Part shown: piece by piece, positions 56,600 to 64,000 of the stretch | Numbering within the stretch: the first letter of the stretch is position 1 | Layout: each line of letters opens with the position of its first letter | From: Anolis carolinensis | Taxonomy: Eukaryota | Direction: 5' to 3' | DNA length: 64,000 nucleotides | Assembly: GCF_035594765.1 (NCBI RefSeq) | Contig: NC_085846.1 | Coordinates: forward strand, 10,093,190 to 10,157,189 | Notes under the pieces: model-generated | Told to the model about the DNA's origin: nothing | What the model saw: only the letters and a program-made list of their open reading frames with translations | The model's database searches: none | Made by a program: the position numbers and the translations under genes

Positions 56600-59500
56600 C
56601 TTTTGAAGAAAAAAAAATTGAAAAGATAAAAATATTCTATTTTAGATATACCATCATATGGTCTATTAAAAATAGGTTTCACTTCTATAGATGACCCGCA
56701 TGCTTATAGGTTAGGATAGGAATTTATAGTTGTACAATGATTCTAGAATAGACCAACAAATCTATTTTCAACCCATCACTTTCATGTAATCATTAGCCTT
56801 GTGCTTTTGTATAGAATCGCTATCTGTTTCTGTTTGTTTCATTTGTATGGTCCCGTTTTCATTTTCGAGCTCTGCTTCCGAAAATGTGACCTGTCCGAAT
56901 GAGCTGTTTCATTCTTCCATCTGAATGAATGAAAATTTTCGTCTCATTGGCCAACATGGAAGGGTTTCCCACACTCCCCTTCTCCTCAGTTTTAGGGCTA
57001 GAGGGTCTCACCATTTCACTGATCCTCAGGCTCTCTCCAGCATTCATTTGAGTTGTTAGGGTTAGTGGGATAAATCCCTGTCTCTGAATCCAGATAGGCA
57101 AAATGCAGTCTGTGGCTCATTGATGCTGGGTTTGTTTGTTTTTTGCAACCCTTGGCTCTTTTTCAGGCTCCATTATCTTTTTAAATGGTTAGCAAAGCCC
57201 CCCTGTGTTTTTCAACACACAGTAACTTGGAAAGAGACTCTCTCTAAGAGAATGTGTGTGTGGCCTGCAGGCCCAAAGTGCCTGTGACTGCCAGGGCTTG
57301 CAGCTGAGCACCAAGCACAAAGTGCCGAGCGGAGCACACAGCACTTCTTACTAGGCACTTGGCACTTGGTGCTCAGCTGCAAGCTGATTGTGTGTGTGGC
57401 CTGTATTAAAAACTGTATTTATACCCCGCCTTTCTCACCAAGGGGACTCAAGGCAGCTAAAAATTACACACTTTGATCAATTTTAAACAAAGTGAATACA
57501 TTTTTTTAAAAAAAAATTAAAGTGTTGTGCTTGGTTAAAAATATAATTAAAACAAGAAATACAATTAAATGCATTTTAAAACACATATTTCCCCCCCTCC
57601 AAATCCCACCCACAATCTCCCAAGCAGTGTGCTCCTTATCCTTCTCCAAATGCCTGCTGGCAGAGAAAGGCCTTGAACTGCTTATAGCGTAGTTATAACA
57701 AAATAATATATAATGGATGAAAAGCAAAACCCACACATTTGGTGGAGGGTTGACTGTTTTTCATTCTAAAAGTAACTCTTCCAGCTCTACATGAATAGAC
57801 TTAATGTACTTTATCATACAACATTTCCTACCTTTCTTATCTGAAATTTCCCCTTCTGGACATGGATTACAATTGTAGCAGCAAAAGGGCATGTTCTCCT
57901 TTCTCTCTCTGCTGAAACCTGGATAACAGCGGTCATTACACAAAGCAATAGGCACTGTCTATTTAAGCCAAAAGAGAGGAAGCATTGATAGATTTGTTTT
58001 CTTATAGTTACCAACCAAAATAAATAAATAAATAAATGTTTTTAATTATACTAAAATATTTTCCCTCTGATGAATACCCTTTGATTACTCTATGCGAGAC
58101 TCAGTTTTTACCAATTTCTTTTATTTTAAATTAGTGCAATTTGATTGGTGCTTTTAGACATGTGGGGATTTTGATGTCAGGTATGCACTGTAGTTATCAC
58201 CACTGATCATTTGGGATCATGTTTCTGTTTTGACTTAGTTGTTTGTTTATTCACCTGGATGGCAACCCAGACTGAATTTTCATGGTAAAAATGAAAGACC
58301 AAAATTTTTTGAAAATTCATCTGATTTTCTGGGGTACCTAAGGGAAAAAGTTAATCCAAGCTTGATGGCTTGAAATACTTTAAGAAGAGGGATACCTATC
58401 TGTCCCAAGTGTTTGTGATTAAATTTCAATGTTTAAATTTTGTTTATTGTCTTCACTGCCATAGAAGGAGGCACAACATAAGAGATAAATGTGTGCTTAT
58501 CTTAATAGCACAAAATATCATAACCTACTGTTATTTTGATCAGAGGGATTCGAGAATAGAATATAAGAGGTTCTTAATAATGATGCAGTGGTCTGAGACC
58601 TCAATGTTCTCCATTTTGCTGGAAAGAAAACGATCAAAAATTCATCCAGCTTTCTACCTGTGGTTTTCAGTTGGTTCTCTTCCTCCTCCTACCACAAAGT
58701 AGGTTTCAGGACATGTAAAATTTTAGGACTGCTAGACAACCCATTAAAGGGGCCATTGAGAAGTGAACAAAGAATGATTTGCTATCTCTACTGTCCACTT
58801 TAAATATAAAAATGCTGTTGAGTAGAATAATTCTTTTCAAAGTTATGAGGGCACTAAAAATAAATCAGTCTGTTCATACCTGGTTAAATTGGTTTTGCCA
58901 TGTAATTGTGGTCTCATTAATGGAGAAATATCTTTCCAATGATGCCTGAGGATCTATACTTCCCACCTTCACTTTTGAGAAAGATTGATTGGGGAAAGTA
59001 ACCCAGTTGATGATATCAAATCCATTAATCAGGTCACCTTTCTTATCAAAGGACACTTTATCTCCAGCACTGTTGTTAAATGAGATGCTTGCTAAAAAAG
59101 TGTGAAGCTAGAATGAAAAACATTTAGACAAGTTTTATAAAAGTGGTGGCAGGAGATGGTAATATTTGGCTTGTGGTCCTTCACAAAAGGGTCTAAACAT
59201 CTTAAGGCACCTCATCCCATCTGATCTTAGAAGGTAGTCTTAGAAGCTTCATGGGCAGATAAGATAGGAGTCTTCCAAGAAGTACCAGGTAACATGACCT
59301 ATATTTCACCTCAGATTGATCCTTGTTTGAGGGGTCACCTTAGGTGGGCAGGCGACATGATGGCACACGTACACACATCTTCTCGCTGGGGTAGAAATAT
59401 GCTATTGGGCAAATTTTTTGATTTATTTCAACACTTCCCATCTCTTGTAAGCAAAACGCATGGTGCTGAGTCATATTTGAGTAAATAAATATCCTAGGTC

Positions 59501-62500
59501 TGAAATCCTAGGTCCTCAGAGGAGGTCTTTCTCATGATTCCACTATTGTCACAGGTCCATCTACTCAGGACACATGTGAGGACCTTCTTAGTAGTTGCTT
59601 CTAGACTAGTGTTTCCCAAACCTTGGTCTCCCATTTGTTTTGTATCTCACATCCCAGGACTCCTAACTGTTGGCCAAGGTGTGTATGGCTGTCAGTTGAA
59701 GTCCAAAATACCTGGAGGACTAAAGTTTGGGGAAAACTAATCTAGATGATCTTCTTCAACAAGCTGAAGCAAATGTTCACAGATCAATACTGTTGATGAA
59801 AACTCTGGGCTCTAGGAAAGCACACAGTGTGAACACGTGGTCATCTTTTTGGCTTTCTTCAAAGACCAGCAAACCCTCTGACACAAACATGTAGTCTGCA
59901 TGTGCTATTGCAAAAAAACAAAAACAAACAAACAACCCCCCCAAAACACAGAACTCAGCACATGAAATTAAAACGTTATGCCGTATTTATTCTCTTCATT
60001 AAACATTGTACTGTACTTTTCTTTAAAATGACACCTGGGTGTGTTTTGCACATTACTGAACAATGCACATTGGTGTGGGATATACATCACATACTGATAT
60101 ATATTGTGCATCTTACTAACTTTGCTTCATAGTAACAATACTGTAATTTTCTACTGGATATGGATGTTATGCAACTGTGCAATTTTGATTTCTACAGGTG
60201 TACATTTGCTTCTGAAAACATAGAGACCCAACAGGATTCTGGCCACAATCATCAATGATATTAATCTCTATTTTTTTAAAAACAAAATCAAGATTCATTT
60301 TCCATGTAATAATTACCTGGAAATGTTGCAACTTTGATGTTATCATATGGTCTCTGCCTCTTATTGCAGACTGTTTAGTTCTTGATGAATGCATGGCATG
60401 CAGAGCATGTGCAATTGCATAGACACCATTGTAGATGCTGTAGCTTTGACCGGTCATACTCATTTCAAAAAACATCGCAGGAAGGTTTTCCAACATCTCC
60501 TCCCCAGTGCAGCTTCCCCCATGCTCCTCACTTACACCACTAGTTGGGAATAAGCAATGGAATGCCTGTTCCCAGAACACCCTGATAAAGCCATCTCTGT
60601 CAGAGGAGGGTTTCTGAGCACGAAGGAACTGTTGGAATCCAGGGACCCGAGAGGAATGGATTGCAAAGGACAAGGCTCCATGGAAGACCTCTGCATTCAT
60701 GTACTGGAAATATGGCTCCATGGAAAAATCCCAGTGAGCTGTCAAAATCCATACCTTGTTTAAAGGAATCGTACGTTCGGATGCAACCAGATTGAGCCCC
60801 GTCTGCAAATCTAACATCATATGGGGATCAGCACTTATGACCCAAACATTAACTTTTGCTTCAATTAGCAACATTGCTATACTCTTGAACACATCGTAAA
60901 AGTTAACAATGCCCAAAATGTTGCTCTGTATTGGCATTCTTCCCAAGAAGGCAACACATATGCCACTTTGAGGAAACATGTCTTCCAAAGTCTCCACAAA
61001 CTTTTCACCTTTGTCGTCATCCATGGCCAGGAGTCCAATCCACTTCCATTGAAAATGAAGAAGCAACTTGACAATTCCAGTGTACTGATGTGCTTCACCA
61101 GGGACCACACGGTAGAAGATGGAACGCTGAGTCACATCATTCAATGGTGGTGCATATAGACAATACATGAGCTGAGAAAGAAAGAAAAACACCTAAAATT
61201 CTTAGAAATATGTGAAACATTTGAAAAAAACCCCAATACATATTTCTACATGGATACAGCTTGCATTCAGGAACCATAGATCCAAAAAAACACATTGATT
61301 TTGTGGGACAGAGGAATAAAAAAAAAGTATGTTTCTGATCAGGGCTTTTTAAACATTTCCACATGTCTCCTTTTGGTCTGAAAAATCTTTATGCGACCCT
61401 GGGTATACAATAATACAAAATTGGTAAAAAAAACAAAACAAAACACCAAACACATATTGATAACAATTCAACATTTGCAAAGTTTGCTAAACAGGCTGAT
61501 TTTCCTTTTTATGAAGTACAGAGGAAACATCTTCTGCAGTGTAAACACTGCACAACAGATTCCTCTAAAGGTCTAAACATTCAGAAAACTGTTACTGTCG
61601 CCAAATTTTCGAGATCCCAACATTGAGCTATGGGAACCCCAATTGGAGTCGGGACCCACAGTTTAAGAAGCCTTGTTTTAGGGGATGGATTTCACATATA
61701 TTTAAGAGCAATGGTTCTAAACCTGCAGTTCCCAGATGTTTTTGGCCTACAACTCCCAGAAATCCCAGCCAGTTTACCAGCTGCTAGGATTTCTGGGAGT
61801 TGAAGGACAAAACATCTGAGGGTCCTATGTTGAGAACCACTGCTTTAAGAGACTGAGTACCCAATCCTCAATTCAAAACCAACCATAAGGCAAATGGGCA
61901 AGAGGGGAGAGCGAGCAGGCGAGTGAATGAGTGAGCGAGTAGGCGAGTGGGGGGCAGAAGCGGGCAAGATACAGGCACACCACCACTGTTTTAGAAGATG
62001 AATGCTAAATTTCTTCTGGCTAAGCAATGTTTTTGCAGTAATAATGCAAAAAGATATACATACATTTTAAAAGATATTATGTACAGGAGGGAATAAAATA
62101 CACGACATTTCTAGGTACACACATACATTTAGAAAGGCATCTTCAAATCCTTTTCCCCTAGAAAAAATCAGAAGTCAACCTTACCTTACCTGTGGTATCT
62201 TATAGAGGCTCAGGATGGTGGCTATGTGGAAGGAGGTATCAGAGTCAAGGCCTCCAATGACAGCTATTGGGTTCTTCTTCATATCACAGTTATAGTTGAC
62301 AACAGCCTTCTTCTGATTAAAGAGAAGATTCAAGGTGTTCCGATAAGTGATCTGAGCATCATAGTGGCTGTCATAGATGTAGAACCCCAAAGTGAAGTTG
62401 GGTAAAAGCTTAGGGTTGTCATTGATCTCTTTCACAGCATATACCAAAGAGAGGACATGCTGGTATTTTTTCAGCAGTACACTAAAGGAGAAGACACATC

Positions 62501-63958
62501 ATATGTGAGAAACTATATTATACGCAGACACATATAAATATAAATCTGGAAATTTGAGCCATGAATCAAACTTTTGTACTGCAAATGATAGTTGAAGTCT
62601 TAATTTCCTTTATTTCCACAAGTATTTACAACTTTTCTCATGATGCAATGAAGAAAAAATAAATTTGTAAGCCACTTACTAAAAAACCAATGCATGGTCT
62701 CCGGATTACATATGATATGTATACACACACGTGTGTGTGTGTGTGTGTCTATACACACACATATCTATCCATCAATCCATATCCATATTTATAAACAGCA
62801 TGGTATATTGGTTTGATTGTTGGACTATAATGCCTTTGGGCCATGGTGAGCTACTGTGTGACTTAAGTAAGTTTCTTTGTCAACCTTAGAAGAAGGCAAA
62901 GGCAACCTTTCTCTGAAAAAATCTTGTCAAGAAAACCCAGTGATAGGTTCACCTTAGGATGGCTATAACTTGGAAATGACTTGAAGGCACACAAGGATGA
63001 TAAACAACCACAGCCATTATGTTTTGCATTACATTATAATAGTGCCCACTTGTGTGCCATGTTTCTTTAGAATTGCCTGTGTGGATGAAACATGGTTATA
63101 TGTAATCTAAAATGCTACTCACCAAAGATCTAGATGTGTCTGATCCCTTCCAACATAAGTATTGAAGTTATATCTGGCATATCTGGTGCACAATTCATTA
63201 ATTCATGTATTTACTTTATTTATACCCTGGTTTTCTCCCCATTCAAGGTGACTAACAACCCCACACTTTGGTCATAGTTTAAAAAAGCACAATACAAAAG
63301 TTAAAAAACATTAAATATTACAGTGTGGATTAAGCTGAAAAACAGATTAAAATATAATAAATACACATGGAATAAGCATGGAAAACAACCCTTTAACATT
63401 ATCCATGTTATGTAATACCAACCATTTTATCTTCCGAGCAAGGATTGATCCAAGGCTCTCCCTTATTGGTTATTTTGACCCTTTGTGATAGCATATAGGA
63501 ACTGTGCAGGCAATGTTTATGCTGCTTTAAAAGAAGGAGATAGAGAAGAAGCTTGAAGAGATATATTGGAGCTCAGCACCATTCCTTAAAGTATTAGAAA
63601 TAAACTGTTGAAGCAACTAGAGCAATGAAACTGGGTGCAATCATTTCCCCCCTCCCCACAAAGCCTAACTACAAGAATATACATTTTCCTAAATCAGCAA
63701 TATATAAGTTATAGAAATCAATATAACGAATTCTTACAGAGGCACAACTTCCCAATATGGCGCAGGGTGCATTGTGAAATCTATTCCTTCATTAAAGGAG
63801 AAGAACTGAGAAGTAATCCCACCAATGAGGAGGTCTCCTGGTTTATAATATTGGTATTGCAGATGCTTGGGATCATTCATGGCGCACATCATCTTGCAGT
63901 CTGTTCGAGGCAGCAACAGAAATACCAGAAGGCGCAAAAGCAGGAAGTATTTTGTCAT
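55698..63958 (-). CDS. Vomeronasal type-2 receptor V2R-4 (divergent from V2R-1/2/3), 6 exons, 874 aa, apparently intact
   Basis: complement(join(55698..56599,57832..57958,58880..59107,60317..61171,62190..62481,63738..63958)); 221/292/855/228/127/902 = 2625 nt in frame; GT-AG. Confidence 0.93.
57410..57690 (-). mobile_element. Old L2 3' tail
   Basis: tatttataccccgcctttctc..ggggactcaaggcagct, the reverse L2 terminal stem. Confidence 0.6.
57832..57958 (-). CDS. V2R-4 exon 5
   Basis: 127 nt; [14 protein letters not shown]...[17 protein letters not shown]. Confidence 0.93.
58880..59107 (-). CDS. V2R-4 exon 4
   Basis: 228 nt; [21 protein letters not shown]...[10 protein letters not shown]. Confidence 0.93.
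59200..59292 (+). mobile_element. Possible decayed 5S rRNA-derived SINE head
   Basis: gcacctcatcccatctgatcttagaag resembles 5S gcgcccgatctcgtctgatctcggaag; heavily diverged. Confidence 0.35.
59607..59740. mobile_element. Old hAT-type MITE
   Basis: tagtgtttcccaaac...gtttggggaaaacta inverted ends; tctaga on both flanks. Confidence 0.55.
60317..61171 (-). CDS. V2R-4 exon 3
   Basis: 855 nt; tctcag|CTCATG...CAG|gtaatt; [11 protein letters not shown]...[16 protein letters not shown]. Confidence 0.93.
61709..61843. mobile_element. hAT-type hairpin MITE (same family as 4019-4153)
   Basis: caatggttctaaacc...gttgagaaccactg; tttaagag on both flanks. Confidence 0.8.
62190..62481 (-). CDS. V2R-4 exon 2
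   Basis: 292 nt; [28 protein letters not shown]...YKIPQ|gtaagg. Confidence 0.93.
63738..63958 (-). CDS. V2R-4 exon 1 (signal peptide)
   Basis: [21 protein letters not shown]...[12 protein letters not shown]; phase-2 donor CT|gtaaga. Confidence 0.9.
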
Positions 63959-64000
63959 GCAGAAGGGAAGGCTTTCTTCCCTTGGTTGAGAATCCGTGGT

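Noticed and set aside
59200-59292. 5S rRNA gene
   Set aside because: Only a short, heavily diverged resemblance; at most a SINE relic.

Overview
Vertebrate genomic DNA from a squamate reptile. The repeat families (Sauria-type SINE, L2-tailed SINE, CR1 with (ATTCTATG)n tail, R4/Dong, many hAT and Tc1-mariner MITEs) point to Anolis or a relative; this is an inference. The window holds a tandem cluster of four apparently intact six-exon vomeronasal type-2 receptor (V2R, class C GPCR) genes, all on the minus strand. V2R-1 (138-11352), V2R-2 (15220-25452) and V2R-3 (29964-50557) are close paralogs of 878 aa each. V2R-4 (55698-63958, 874 aa) is divergent. All splice sites are GT-AG and the exon phases sum in frame. 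Introns and spacers are packed with transposons, and the paralogs often supply the empty site. Highlights: (1) a CR1 LINE with intact ORF1 and ORF2, joined by a U_UUA_AAC slippery heptamer at the ORF1 stop with ORF2 in the -1 frame, a candidate programmed ribosomal frameshift; this CR1 is nested in another CR1 inside a decayed DIRS/Ngaro element. (2) Exon-limited gene-conversion mosaicism among the paralogs. (3) One MITE family at the same paralogous TA in opposite orientations. (4) A template-switch 32-bp perfect hairpin. (5) A fold-back mariner. (6) A SINE flanked by a 57-bp perfect duplication. All alignments were made by eye; no database searches were run.
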